A DNA stretch of 64,000 nt from an uncultured Planctomycetia bacterium (lineage in GTDB: Bacteria > Omnitrophota > Gorgyraeia > Pluralincolimonadales > Pluralincolimonadaceae): positions 4,798 through 68,797 of the forward strand of contig CAZYUB010000011.1 in assembly GCA_964650515.1 (NCBI GenBank), written 5' to 3'. Positions 1 to 10,600 of this stretch are shown piece after piece. The notes below the pieces were generated by a model. That model saw nothing but the letters and a program-made list of their open reading frames with translations. It did no database searches and was not told the origin of the DNA. Each line of letters opens with the position of its first letter. Positions within the stretch are counted from its first letter, which is position 1. Position numbers and translations under genes: made by a program.

Positions 1-1022
1 CTGAAACCGAAACCGAACGAGACCGAGGATTCGACCTCGTATATGAAAGACGAGTCGCTCAATTCGAGCTTTTCGAGCGCGTCCCTGAGGAACGGGAAAT
101 CCTTCGCGTTCACAGGATAGAGTCCGCAGAACACGAGCGGCCTGACTTTCTTGTATCCCGGCAGCGCGTCCGAGGCGGGCCTCTTGAAATCGGTAACGGT
201 ATCCCCCACGTTGATCTCCTTCGGGGCCTTTATATTGCACGTAATATACCCTACCTCACCGCTGGCAAGTTCGCCTATCGCCACGGGAGACGGCTTAAAA
301 ACACCCACCTCTTCGACATCATAAACGCGGCCGGTCCCCATCATCCTTATCTTCATGCCTTTGCGTATGGTGCCGTTCTTTATCCTTATGAAGATGACGA
401 CCCCCTTGAACGTATCGAAAGCTGAATCGAATACAAGCGCCTGGAGCGGGTTATCCGGCTCCCCTTTAGGCGCCGGTATATGGCTTATGATAGCGCTGAC
501 GATCTCATCTACGCCTATACCCGTCTTCGCGCTCGCCATTATCGGGTCGGCATCGGTGATGTGCAGGGTCTCCTTCAGCTGCTGCCTTATCCTGTCGGGC
601 TCGGCGCTCGGCAGGTCGATCTTGTTGATAATTGGTATTATAGCGAGGTTGTGTTCGCGGGCGAGGTAAAGGTTCGCTACGGTCTGCGCTTCGACGCCCT
701 GCGCCGCATCGACGACGAGCAGGGCACCTTCGCAGGCAGCGAGCGCCTTAGAGACCTCGTAAGTGAAGTCGACATGCCCGGGCGTATCGATGAGGTTGAG
801 TATATACTCATTACCGTCGGGGTCGTTATGGACCAGCCTTACCGCTTTCGCCTTGATCGTTATGCCGCGCTCTCTCTCGAGGTCCATACCGTCGAGCATC
901 TGGTCATGGAACTCCCTCTGGGATATGGCGCCGGTCTTCAAAAGCAGCCTGTCGGCTAAGGTCGATTTCCCGTGGTCAATATGCGCAATGATGCAAAAAT
1001 TGCGGATTAAAGATTTATCCAT
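1..1022 (-). CDS. lepA: Elongation factor 4 (LepA), N-terminal ~340 aa; C-terminus lies beyond window start
   Basis: Minus-strand translation from ATG 1022 reads [41 protein letters not shown] (GTPase G1-G4 motifs, LepA N-terminus). ORF is below the track because it runs off the window. Confidence 0.9.
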   Translation of the reverse strand, partial: MDKSLIRNFCIIAHIDHGKSTLADRLLLKTGAISQREFHDQMLDGMDLERERGITIKAKAVRLVHNDPDGNEYILNLIDTPGHVDFTYEVSKALAACEGALLVVDAAQGVEAQTVANLYLAREHNLAIIPIINKIDLPSAEPDRIRQQLKETLHITDADPIMASAKTGIGVDEIVSAIISHIPAPKGEPDNPLQALVFDSAFDTFKGVVIFIRIKNGTIRKGMKIRMMGTGRVYDVEEVGVFKPSPVAIGELASGEVGYITCNIKAPKEINVGDTVTDFKRPASDALPGYKKVRPLVFCGLYPVNAKDFPFLRDALEKLELSDSSFIYEVESSVSFGFGF

Positions 1023-1025
1023 TAT

Positions 1026-2477
1026 CTATTTAATGCTTTTCGATAATCTGTCCACTATAGCTATAAGGTCCTTCGCTTCCTTGTCCGTGTGGGCCTCGCT
1101 GTATACCCTCAATATCGGCTCGGTGCCGGAGGGCCTGATCAGCAGCCAGCTCTCGTCGTCGAATATGAATTTCAGGCCGTCGTAGGACTTCGTATCGACG
1201 ACCTTGCGCTTGAATATACTGCGCGCATTCCTGCTTTGCAGTTTATCGAAGAGCCCCTTGACGACCTTCTCCCTCGTCTTAAGGGGTATCTCGACATCCT
1301 GCCTGTGGTACCTGAATTTCCCGAACTTCTTCTCCATGTCGTCTATAAGCGCGAGGATTGGCTTCTTCTCCTGCTGCATCATCTCGACGAGCAGGAGGCC
1401 CGTGAGGATGCCGTCCCTCTCGGGTATGTAGTTCTTCACGCCGATTCCTCCGGACTCCTCCCCGCCTACGAGCACATTGTCTGTCTGCATCAGTTTGGCT
1501 ATATGCTTGAAGCCGACCGGCGTCTCGAAGAACTTAAGGTTGTAATATTTCGCTATCTTGTTCATCAGCATCGGGCCGGCTATGTTCTTTACGAGCGCTC
1601 CCCTCCAGCGCCTGTTCTCTATGAAGTGGAGGGCAATGAGGCACATGATCTCGCCCGGGTTTATGAACCTTCCGCCCGGCGCGGCGGCGCCCACCCTGTC
1701 GGCGTCACCGTCGGTGGCGATGCCGATATCGTATTCGCCTTCCTTCATCATGGACATGAACTTCGGCATGTTATGAGGAAGCGGCTCCGGCTTCAATCCT
1801 TCGAAGGTAGGGTTCGGATCCGCGTTGACGATATCGATCGCCACTTTGGTGCCCTTCAACACTTCCGCGTGGTAGCTGTTCCCGGCCCCGTGCATCGCCT
1901 CCGCTAATACCTTAAGGCCGCAGTTTTTCAGCAGGTCGAGGTCGAGGTATTTCCTGACGGTCTCGATGTATTTCGGCATCGGGTTGATGAGCTCAATCCT
2001 GCCGGACTTTACCGCTTCTGCGAGAGTGACGGCCTTGGGCTTGTTCCTGAAAAGGAACGATTCGACCTTATGCGTCACGGTCTGGTCGGCCGGCGAGCCC
2101 TGCGGCGTTTTGATCTTAAGGCCGCTGAAACCGCCGGGATTATGGCTTGCCGTTATTATGAGGCCGCCGTTGAGGCCCATATGCCGGATATTAAAACTGG
2201 TCGTCGGTGTCGGTGAAGGCCTGTCGGACAGGTATACCTTTATGCCGTTGGCCGCGAGCACCTCCGCGACGGCCTGGGCGAACTTATCGGAGATGAAACG
2301 CGTGTCATACCCGACGATTATGCCGCGCTTCGCCTTGAACTCGCTGTTGAAATATTCCGCGCACGCCTGCGCGACTATACGCAGGTTATCGAACGTGAAA
2401 TCATCCGCGATGATCCCCCTCCATCCGTCCGTGCCGAACTTTATCGCGCTATCCCGCTGTTTTGCCTTTACCGCCAT
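1026..2477 (-). CDS. Phosphoglucomutase/phosphomannomutase family protein (alpha-D-phosphohexomutase)
   Basis: 483 aa; active-site TASHNPGG motif, GxDGDADR metal loop, overall PGM/PMM layout. Confidence 0.85.
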   Translation of the reverse strand: MAVKAKQRDSAIKFGTDGWRGIIADDFTFDNLRIVAQACAEYFNSEFKAKRGIIVGYDTRFISDKFAQAVAEVLAANGIKVYLSDRPSPTPTTSFNIRHMGLNGGLIITASHNPGGFSGLKIKTPQGSPADQTVTHKVESFLFRNKPKAVTLAEAVKSGRIELINPMPKYIETVRKYLDLDLLKNCGLKVLAEAMHGAGNSYHAEVLKGTKVAIDIVNADPNPTFEGLKPEPLPHNMPKFMSMMKEGEYDIGIATDGDADRVGAAAPGGRFINPGEIMCLIALHFIENRRWRGALVKNIAGPMLMNKIAKYYNLKFFETPVGFKHIAKLMQTDNVLVGGEESGGIGVKNYIPERDGILTGLLLVEMMQQEKKPILALIDDMEKKFGKFRYHRQDVEIPLKTREKVVKGLFDKLQSRNARSIFKRKVVDTKSYDGLKFIFDDESWLLIRPSGTEPILRVYSEAHTDKEAKDLIAIVDRLSKSIK

Positions 2478-2503
2478 TTTAGGTCTCCTTTAGATGCGCT
2501 CCC

Positions 2504-3775
2504 TCACCCGATATCCAGCGCCTTAGAGATCTCCTTTTCCTGCTTCTTATCTATAGTGCCTATCAAAGACATGTTAAGACGTGAATTTCCAAGCACCCTT
2601 CCCGCGACCCGCTTTATGTCGTCGGGCGTCAGGCTCGATATCCTCCGGACGACCTCCTGAGGGGTTGGTATCTCGCCCTTCGAGGAGAGATGCTCACCCA
2701 TCCAGAGCATCTGGTCTATAGTGTCCTCGAGGCCGAGGAGCATCTGGCCCCTGTAGAACTCTCGCGCTCTCTCGAACTCGCCCTTGCCGACGTAATCGGT
2801 CCTTATCCTGCGAAGTTCCTTCATTATGATATCCAGCGTCTTCGCTATGTTCCTGTTATCGAGCCCCGCGGAGATTATGAACGCGCCGGTATCGTGCAGT
2901 TTCTTTACGGAAGTCCCTATCTCGTACGCGAGCCCCTTCTTCTCCCTGACCTCGCGGAACAGCCTGCTCGACATGTTGCCGCCGAGTATTATGTGTAAAA
3001 GCGTCAGCGCGTACCTGTCCGGGTCGTTCCTTCCGAACGCGCGCATGCCTATTGCCATATGCGCCTGTTCGGTCTTCTTGGAAAGGACGTTCAGCATCGG
3101 CTTTTTCTGCGCCTCGTCCGCCTTCCTGTACGAGGATCTATCCCCTTTTTTTACGCGCCCGAAATATTTCCTGCAGCTTGAGAAGAACTGCGGCGTATCT
3201 AGGTTGCCGCATGCGGATATTACGATATTTCTCGAATTATAGTATTTTTCCTTATAGCCGGTTATATCGGCCCTTGTCATCGACGATACGGTATCGAGCG
3301 TGCCCGCGAGGTTCCTGCCGAGCGCCTGCCCCGGCCAGAGCAGCTCCATAAGCAGGTCGTGGACATGGTGGTTCGGAAGGTCTACGTAGAGTTTTATCTC
3401 TTCCTTTATAACATGCCTCTCCTTGAAGATGTCGCCTGCGGAAAGCCTCGCGTTGAATACCATGTCGGAGAGTATCTCGAGCGCGTTATCCATGTCCCTA
3501 TTAAGGACTTTTACGAGGTAGCAGGTGAACTCCTCGGATGTGAAGCCGTTCATGGCCCCGCCGCGGCCTTCTATCTGCTGTTTTATGTCCTCCGCCGAAC
3601 GCTTCCTTGTCCCCTTGAAGAGCAGGTGCTCTATGAAATGGGACACCCCGGATATCCTGCCTGGCTCGTAACGGCCGCCTACGCCGAGCCAGATGCCGAT
3701 GGCAAGCGAGTCCCTGTCCGGCAAACTTCGCGCGGAGCAACGCGTACCGTTATCAAGCGCGTCAAGCTCGTACAT
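2504..3775 (-). CDS. M16 family zinc peptidase (pitrilysin/insulinase-like)
   Basis: 423 aa; inverted zincin motif HFIEHLLFKGT (HxxEH) near N-terminus; SD AAAGGAGA upstream. Confidence 0.85.
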   Translation of the reverse strand: MYELDALDNGTRCSARSLPDRDSLAIGIWLGVGGRYEPGRISGVSHFIEHLLFKGTRKRSAEDIKQQIEGRGGAMNGFTSEEFTCYLVKVLNRDMDNALEILSDMVFNARLSAGDIFKERHVIKEEIKLYVDLPNHHVHDLLMELLWPGQALGRNLAGTLDTVSSMTRADITGYKEKYYNSRNIVISACGNLDTPQFFSSCRKYFGRVKKGDRSSYRKADEAQKKPMLNVLSKKTEQAHMAIGMRAFGRNDPDRYALTLLHIILGGNMSSRLFREVREKKGLAYEIGTSVKKLHDTGAFIISAGLDNRNIAKTLDIIMKELRRIRTDYVGKGEFERAREFYRGQMLLGLEDTIDQMLWMGEHLSSKGEIPTPQEVVRRISSLTPDDIKRVAGRVLGNSRLNMSLIGTIDKKQEKEISKALDIG

Positions 3776-4187
3776 TATTTTTTATCCTCTCGAGGTATGA
3801 TTCAAGTATCAGCTGCGCGGCGATCTTATCTATCACGTCCTTCCTCTTCCTGCGCGATACGTCGGAAGAGATGAGGAACTTCTCACTTTCTTTCGTGGAC
3901 AGCCGCTCGTCGTATGTGGCAACCGGTATCCCTGCGGACGAGCTGAGCGCGCCGACGAATTCCGTTACCTTATCCGCGCTCTTTCCTCTCGTGCCGTCCA
4001 TGTTTATAGGCATGCCCACCACTACGGATTCGGCGCCGTATTGCGCGATAATATCCTTTATGGCCTTAAGGTCCTCTTCGAGGGTCTTCCTTTCGATAAC
4101 GGTGACCCCCTGCGCTATTATCCCGAGAGGGTCGCTGACCGCGACACCTATGCGCCTATCCCCGACATCAAGGCCAAGTACCCGCAT
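3762..4187 (-). CDS. ruvX: Holliday-junction resolvase-like RuvX/YqgF
   Basis: MRVLGLDVGDRRIGVAVSD... typical YqgF N-terminus. Start placed at internal ATG 4187 (TGATG overlap with upstream stop) rather than the longer track ORF. Confidence 0.85.
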   Translation of the reverse strand: MRVLGLDVGDRRIGVAVSDPLGIIAQGVTVIERKTLEEDLKAIKDIIAQYGAESVVVGMPINMDGTRGKSADKVTEFVGALSSSAGIPVATYDERLSTKESEKFLISSDVSRRKRKDVIDKIAAQLILESYLERIKNNVRA

Positions 4188-5269
4188 CAGAGGTATTTTT
4201 TCAGCTCCTTTTCGTTTTTCATGAGCGAGACAAGCTTCTTTACGTCCTGCGCCAGGTCCCTGCGGCATACGAGCACGCAGTCCCCGTCGCGGACGACTAT
4301 GACGTTGTCGAGCCCGACGGTACCTATCACGCCCTGAGACGATACAATGACCGAATCCCTCGTCTCGACCGACTTGTGCAGGCCGATCGAGAAATTACCG
4401 TTCGCGTCGGTAGACAGGTGCCTCGCGAGAGAATCCCACGAGCCGAGGTCGTCCCAGTAAAATTTCCCTTCCACGGCGAATATGCGTTTCTCTTTTTCGA
4501 GCACGCCGTAATCTATCGATATCTCCTCGAGGTTCGGGTAGACCTCGTTAAGCCTGCAGTTGAAATTGAGCCGGCCTATGCTCGGTTCCAGCAGCTGCAG
4601 GCCGAGATATAGCCTCGGCAGGTTCTCCCTGATGGCGTCGAGTATGCTCGTCGCCTTCCAGATGAACATTCCGCTGTTCCAGTAATACCTCTTCTCCTTG
4701 ACGAATCTGACAGCGTTCGGAAAACTTGGTTTCTCGACGAATGCCATTACCCTGTGGACCACGGCTTTTAGCCCCGGGCCCTTTATCCTGAACTGGCCGC
4801 TCGTGTCTATCCTGAGGTATCCGTACCCGGTCGCGGGGAATGTGGGCTTTACCCCTATCGTAACGAGGCCGTTCGAGGCCTCCGCGACCTGTACGCCCGT
4901 GAGTAGCGCGTCGATGAACTTATCCTTCTCCTTTATGAGGTGGTCGGACGGCAGCACTATCATAGCCCCGCGCGGGTCGCGTTTCTTGATGAGCATTGCC
5001 GCAAGGCCGCAAGCCGCCGCGGTATTCCTCGCGGCAGGTTCCGCGATTATATTCTTTATCGAGGGAAGGTCGGCCTTGATAGAGCCCAATTGCTCCTTGT
5101 TCGTGATGACGTATATCCGGTCGTTCGGGACTATCGCGTTGATCCGCGAGACCGTCTCCTGTATCAGCGAGCGCCTGCCCATAAGCTTAAGCGTTTGCTT
5201 CGGCGTCTTTATCCTGCTCTTGGGCCAGAACCTCTCGCCCCTGCCGCCGGCTATTATTACGGCATAGAT
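4187..5269 (-). CDS. Mannose-1-phosphate guanylyltransferase-like nucleotidyl transferase (ManC/GMPP family); start codon non-canonical or unresolved
   Basis: Track ORF (first ATG at 5182) begins MGRRSLIQ. The conserved NTP-transferase motif IYAVIIAGGRGERFWP is encoded in-frame upstream between that ATG and the stop at 5297-5299, with no ATG/GTG/TTG there. Provisional start placed at ATC 5269. Confidence 0.6.
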   Translation of the reverse strand: MYAVIIAGGRGERFWPKSRIKTPKQTLKLMGRRSLIQETVSRINAIVPNDRIYVITNKEQLGSIKADLPSIKNIIAEPAARNTAAACGLAAMLIKKRDPRGAMIVLPSDHLIKEKDKFIDALLTGVQVAEASNGLVTIGVKPTFPATGYGYLRIDTSGQFRIKGPGLKAVVHRVMAFVEKPSFPNAVRFVKEKRYYWNSGMFIWKATSILDAIRENLPRLYLGLQLLEPSIGRLNFNCRLNEVYPNLEEISIDYGVLEKEKRIFAVEGKFYWDDLGSWDSLARHLSTDANGNFSIGLHKSVETRDSVIVSSQGVIGTVGLDNVIVVRDGDCVLVCRRDLAQDVKKLVSLMKNEKELKKYL

Positions 5270-5276
5270 ATTCTTC

Positions 5277-6074
5277 TTATTGATGGGCCGCCTCCGTCAG
5301 TTTTTGAACGTATTCGCCTACATTGCGTATGAACCGCCTCTTCCCGGAATTCCTCTCGATCTCTTTGACTATTGCAGAGCCGACTATCACCCCGTCGGCC
5401 GCACCGCATACCTGCTTTACCTGCCCGGGGCTCGATACGCCGAATCCGACGCACACCGGGAGTTTCGAATGCCTCTTGATGAGCTTCACCCTTTGCGCAA
5501 GCTCCGCGGGCAATGATGACCTCGCGCCGGTTATCCCTGTAAGCGAGACATAATATATGAATCCCCTCGTCCTGCCCGAGACAAGCTTTATCCTCTTAGC
5601 GGTGCTCGTCGGGCTCAAAAGGAATACGGTCGCGAAACCCTTCTTCCTCGACGGGGCGATAAGCTCGGCCGACTCTTCCGGAGGCAAGTCGGGTATAATG
5701 ACGCCGTCGACGCCGCTCTTCGAACAATCCGATACGAACCTGTTTACGCCGTATTTCAGTATCGGGTTGTAATAGCCCATGAGGACTATCGGTACCTCGG
5801 TCTTCTTCCTGAGCTCTTTAACGGCGGCGATTATATCTTTGAGCTTAGTGCCCCTCTTAAGCGCCCTTTCGGACGATAACTGTATCGTGGGGCCGTCCGC
5901 CACGGGGTCGGAGAACGGGACGCCGAGCTCTATTATATCCGCGTCGCGCGACGCGAATTCGAGGACAAGCTTCTTCGTGTTCGCCAGGCCGTAATCGCCG
6001 GCTGTGAAGAAAGCTATCAGCGCTTTTCGTCCGTCTTTCTTAAGTTCCCTGAATTTTTTATCTATCCTGTTCAT
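5277..6074 (-). CDS. trpA: Tryptophan synthase alpha chain
   Basis: 265 aa; ...IELGVPFSDPVADGPTIQ... canonical TrpA motifs. Confidence 0.93.
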   Translation of the reverse strand: MNRIDKKFRELKKDGRKALIAFFTAGDYGLANTKKLVLEFASRDADIIELGVPFSDPVADGPTIQLSSERALKRGTKLKDIIAAVKELRKKTEVPIVLMGYYNPILKYGVNRFVSDCSKSGVDGVIIPDLPPEESAELIAPSRKKGFATVFLLSPTSTAKRIKLVSGRTRGFIYYVSLTGITGARSSLPAELAQRVKLIKRHSKLPVCVGFGVSSPGQVKQVCGAADGVIVGSAIVKEIERNSGKRRFIRNVGEYVQKLTEAAHQ

Positions 6075-6075
6075 A

Positions 6076-7260
6076 TTATTTTAGAAGCATCCGTGAGGCC
6101 ATGTCCACGTCCTTATCGCCCCTGCCGGAAAGGCAGACGACCACTAGGTCGCTCTTCCTGAGTTTCTTCGATATCTTCGCGAGGTACGCGATCGCGTGGG
6201 ACGATTCCAGGGCCGGTATTATGCCTTCGGTCTCTGACAACATTCGAAAGGCGTCCAATGCCTCGCTGTCCGTCACGGATACGTATCTTGCCCGTCCCGT
6301 TTCCTTGAAATATGCGTGCTCGGGCCCTACGCCCGGATAATCGAGCCCTGCGGAGACGGAGTGCGCTATCTTTACCTGGCCCGCATCATCCTGCAGCAGG
6401 TAGCTCTTGCTTCCGTGAAGGACGCCGACCTCGCCCCGTTCGAGAGTGGCCGCGTGCATTCCGGTCGAAAGCCCTTTTCCCGCCGCTTCGACGCCTATGA
6501 ACTTCACGTTCCTGTCGCCGATGAACCTGTAGAAGAGGCCCATGGAATTCGAACCGCCGCCTACGCACGCAATAAGGTAGCCCGGAAGCCTGCGCTCCGC
6601 CTTAAGTATCTGGTTCCTGGCCTCCGCGCCTATGACCGACTGGAAATCCCTTACCATCATAGGGAAAGGGTGCGGCCCTGCGACCGAGCCGATGCAATAA
6701 TGGGTGTCCCGGACGTTCGTGACCCAGTCCCTCATCGTCTCGTTCATAGCGTCTTTCAGTGTCCTGCTGCCGCTCGTGACGGTAGTTACCTTCGCCCCGA
6801 GCAATTTCATCCTGAAAACGTTCAATGACTGGCGGCGTACGTCCTCTTCGCCCATGAAGACCTCGCACTCAAGCCCGAAAAGCGCCGCGACAGTCGCGGT
6901 GGCGACGCCATGCTGCCCTGCCCCGGTCTCGGCAATGATCCTCTTCTTGCCCATTCTCACTGTAAGCAGGCCCTGGCCGAGCGTGTTATTTATCTTATGG
7001 GAGCCCGTATGGAGCAGGTCTTCCCTCTTCAGGTAGATCTTCGGGCCCTTCAGGAATTTACTAAGGCGTCGGGCGTTATAGAGCTTGCTCGGCCTTCCGG
7101 CGTATTCTTCGAGGTAATACCGTAACTGCTCGGAGAATCTCCTGTCCTTTTTTGCGGCCTTATAGGCGGCTTCAAGCTCTTCAAGCGCCGTCATCAGCGT
7201 TTCGGGGACGTATTTTCCTCCGAAGACGCCGAAATGGCCCTTTATGTCAGGCTGTTTCAC
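6076..7260 (-). CDS. trpB: Tryptophan synthase beta chain
   Basis: 394 aa; HTGSHKINN (PLP-Lys), GGGSNSMG motifs. Confidence 0.95.
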   Translation of the reverse strand: MKQPDIKGHFGVFGGKYVPETLMTALEELEAAYKAAKKDRRFSEQLRYYLEEYAGRPSKLYNARRLSKFLKGPKIYLKREDLLHTGSHKINNTLGQGLLTVRMGKKRIIAETGAGQHGVATATVAALFGLECEVFMGEEDVRRQSLNVFRMKLLGAKVTTVTSGSRTLKDAMNETMRDWVTNVRDTHYCIGSVAGPHPFPMMVRDFQSVIGAEARNQILKAERRLPGYLIACVGGGSNSMGLFYRFIGDRNVKFIGVEAAGKGLSTGMHAATLERGEVGVLHGSKSYLLQDDAGQVKIAHSVSAGLDYPGVGPEHAYFKETGRARYVSVTDSEALDAFRMLSETEGIIPALESSHAIAYLAKISKKLRKSDLVVVCLSGRGDKDVDMASRMLLK

Positions 7261-7360
7261 GTCATAACCCCTTTATTTTGACTGAATAAAATAGAAGTTT
7301 ATCACAGAGTAGAGGTATAGTCAATTCATATTACTGGCGGGGAGCGTGCCGGAAAGAAAG

Positions 7361-7648
7361 TTACTTGATTATTATCTCGGAGTTCTCGCGTGTTTTGCTT
7401 TGAAGCTTAAGGCGTTCGTCTATGACGGATCGGAGTATATCGCCCTTCGTTGATGGTTTTATTTGCATGGATGGGTCATCCTTCATCTTCAGGGCAAGCG
7501 CGAGTTTCAGGTCCTTGTCGAATATCGGCTCTCCGTTGACCGTGGCTATCACCTTACCCGCTGAAACTGCGGAAGCCGGCTTTTCAGCCGGCCTCCCGCA
7601 TCCTGCCACAATGAACGCAAGCAACAATATTGCCGCCGCGCGTATCAC
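7361..7648 (-). CDS. Small lipoprotein with SurA N-terminal-like chaperone domain
   Basis: 95 aa; signal peptide + lipobox (AGCG); VIATVNGEPIFDKDLKLAL...SVIDERLKLQ resembles SurA/PpiD N-domain; start abuts stop of giant gene (coupled). Confidence 0.55.
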   Translation of the reverse strand: MIRAAAILLLAFIVAGCGRPAEKPASAVSAGKVIATVNGEPIFDKDLKLALALKMKDDPSMQIKPSTKGDILRSVIDERLKLQSKTRENSEIIIK

Positions 7649-10600
7649 TTAATTTCCCTGGTTCCAGGTTCCTGCGCCCACACCTTCGAACGTGCCGGCT
7701 TCGGTTCCGGTGTAAGTACCGCCGGCCTGGCCGTTGAAACCCACGTCTCCGGGCGCGGTGCCCGTTACATTAGCGGTCCACTGACCCTCGTTCCATTGTG
7801 TACCGGTAAGGGTGGCGTTTATATTCCCGTCGTTAAAATTCAACGACCAGTTCTCTCCGCCGGTATAACCGGAATAGCTGCCTCCGAAGAGCGCGGCCCA
7901 TATGCCGTTCATGTCGAGCGCGCTCTGGGCATAGAAGCTTATGTCCATGCTGCCCGTTATTGTTCCCGCGGCGCCAAGCGGGCCGTTGCCTTTCAGAAGG
8001 GCCGTATAAGTCTCCGTAATAGGCATATTTACCATTTCGGCGATCGCGTAATTATCGAAACGAAGCACGCTTGTATCCAGCTCCGCGAGGTCTACCCATT
8101 CGCCTACGAACGCGGCCTGTATGGTGGTATCGACACCCGCTTCGTAGAAACCGGAGATGTCGCCATTTACGCGTCCGACTTTCATCGCCGTGTATTCCTC
8201 GGCCTCGGGATCCCAATTCTCGGGCGCAAGGTATATACCGCGGTAAGAGCCGGTAACATCGCCTTCTTTTACGCCGTCATTGTCATAGTCCCAGGCGCCG
8301 TTGGTTCCATAAGCGCTAAACAGGACATAGCTGTCCGTGGTGTCATCTTCAGAAACCACGCCGCCCAAAGCCGTCCGCCATACGCCATCGGTGACGACGG
8401 CATCCGACTGCGCGAGCATTACGCCGCTGACAATGCCCCAGGTGTCATACCCCTCTATATTTGCGATAGAGGCCTGGGCTATCTGCGCTTCGAGCGGATT
8501 GCCGTTGATGCTTCCTTCGCCGTACGCGTTGAAAGCGTCCTCGGCGACTGCCATATTATTCGTAAGTTCCGCCGGGTCCATGTCTATATACTGCATTACG
8601 ACGTGAGGCGTCCAGGTGCCGTCGGCCTCCCATATGCCTACCTGCATGTCTTCGCCGTAATCCAGGTATTCATTCGGCATAGCGCAATAAATGCCTTCCG
8701 CATCTCCGCGCAGTATGCCCGCCTGGTATCCGTCTTCTCCCGGAGAAATGAACAAAGCTGCGGTATACATATGGGACAGGACCGACATATTACCGGAACG
8801 GGAGGTGCCCACGGTCCATCCCCAGAACGCGCCTTCGCCGTCAGCCGTTGTGTCAGACCCGTCATAACCGTTGAAGCTGTTGATCTCGGATCCTACGAGA
8901 TATGAGCTGCGGTCCAGGTACCCCTCGTATTCTCCCATGGCGATCACATCAAAGGCCCCGTTAGCCCACCAATCCTGCGCGGTGCTTCCTATATTGCCGT
9001 AGGTGATGCCGTCCTGCATGAATCCTTCGCCGTAAACACCTATACCGCCGCTGGACGAACCGCTCAGGGTAAGGTCCTCGGACTGCGCTACGCCAAGCGA
9101 AAGGGCTTCCCATGCGTCTTCTTCCGTATCATATGCCCCGAGCATCTTGCCGTTAAATGAGATCAGGGTTGTGTTTGACAACACTCTTCCGGATACATCG
9201 GCGCTGAAACCGCCGTCTTCCCATGATGTGCCGTCGATGAAAGCGAGCGTATACGTCGAGTAGAAGCCGTCTCCCTCATCTTCCACATCGCCCATTACGG
9301 CGGTCCATGCGCTCTCGGGATCGCCGACAAATACGCCCGAACTGCCCGCTCTCCAGACGCTCCAATCCTGGTCTACCAGGCCCATCGTCTCTCCGTCGAG
9401 CGTGCCTCTTATATCACCGCCGATGACACCGTAAATATCATCCGAATCGATCACTTCGCTTGTGCCCGAGAGCAGCACCGTAGGGTCGTAATCCGTCGGC
9501 ATGTCGAGGAAATACGCGAGTTTTCCTTCCGCCCCGTACATCCCGATAGACGGGTAGAAATCGCCGTTAAAATAATCTGAGTTGCCGGCGCCGTCTACCG
9601 ACATGATATAACCGGCGCGGTTGCCTTCGTCCGTCTCCCTTATATAAATAGAGAGAAGCATGCCCTTAAGCCTGTTGTCGAGCGAGGTGCCTCCCATGGT
9701 CCCGTAAGCGACGGCGTTGTCATCCGTTATTACGTAGAAATCGGAAGCCCATAATTTGTATTCCGGAACGCCGTCCTCGTTATAATCGGGATTCCAGAAC
9801 CCTCCGATAAGGGTCATGTCCGCGGGCCCCTCCCAGATATTGCCGGACCCTCCGAAGACGCCGTCCATATATCCGTAATCGCAGTTGAATCCGCCGTAGT
9901 AATCCTCTACATAACCGAACGCGCCGTCCATCAGGATGCCTGAATAAGCGAGCGGCTCCGTCTTCCATTCTCCTATAGCGGCTCCGGCCCATGAAGTATA
10001 GTCATAGTATTCGCCGCCGTCATAATAGTAGTGGTCTGTCGCCGTTCCGCGGAGGTCGCCGTCTATCCTGCCTATCATGCCCTCTTCGAGGTCGATGAAC
10101 GCACCGGCAACGTCCGCCGAGATCGCGTTGTCGCCGTAGATAACGTTCTTGGCAGTGATAAGCAGGCGCTCGCCGTAACCTTCTTCAGAACTGCCTAACG
10201 CGAGGCCGTTCTCGGCAACGTCGCCGTCATCCTTCTCGAACCACCCGCCCATCTTCACGTTAAAGATGCCCCACGGCATGTCCGGCAATGAGTAGCTATA
10301 CGCTTCTTCAATACCGCCGTAGATCGTGCCGTTACCGGCGAACGAGCCGCCGACCTGTATATCTCCCAGGTATTCCTCATTGATGTTTTCGTATCTCAGG
10401 TCCGCGGGTGCGAAGGAATAGCCCTCTACAGTCTCCGTCGACAGGTCCATCGAGACCTGCCATAGGCCTATCCCGTCATAATACTCTCCTTCGGCGCCGC
10501 CCTTCATGATGCCGACCCTGCCGTCCGGGGCCGCGAATATCGCGATGACCCTGCCGTCCGACATGATCCCATCCTTCCAGATGCCGGTCGTGAAGCCGTA

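Noticed and set aside
355-1185. Plus-strand ORFs 355-669, 480-959, 763-1185
   Set aside because: Antisense to the clearly recognisable lepA coding sequence (GTPase motifs on the minus strand).
7796-8905. 369-aa plus-strand ORF (and 13266-14366, 366 aa; 11486-11809; 12362-12796) antisense to the giant gene
   Set aside because: Long antisense ORFs are expected in a GC-rich, low-complexity coding region. The translations are Arg/His/Pro-rich nonsense with no SD or domain, and they are fully overlapped by a well-supported minus-strand CDS.
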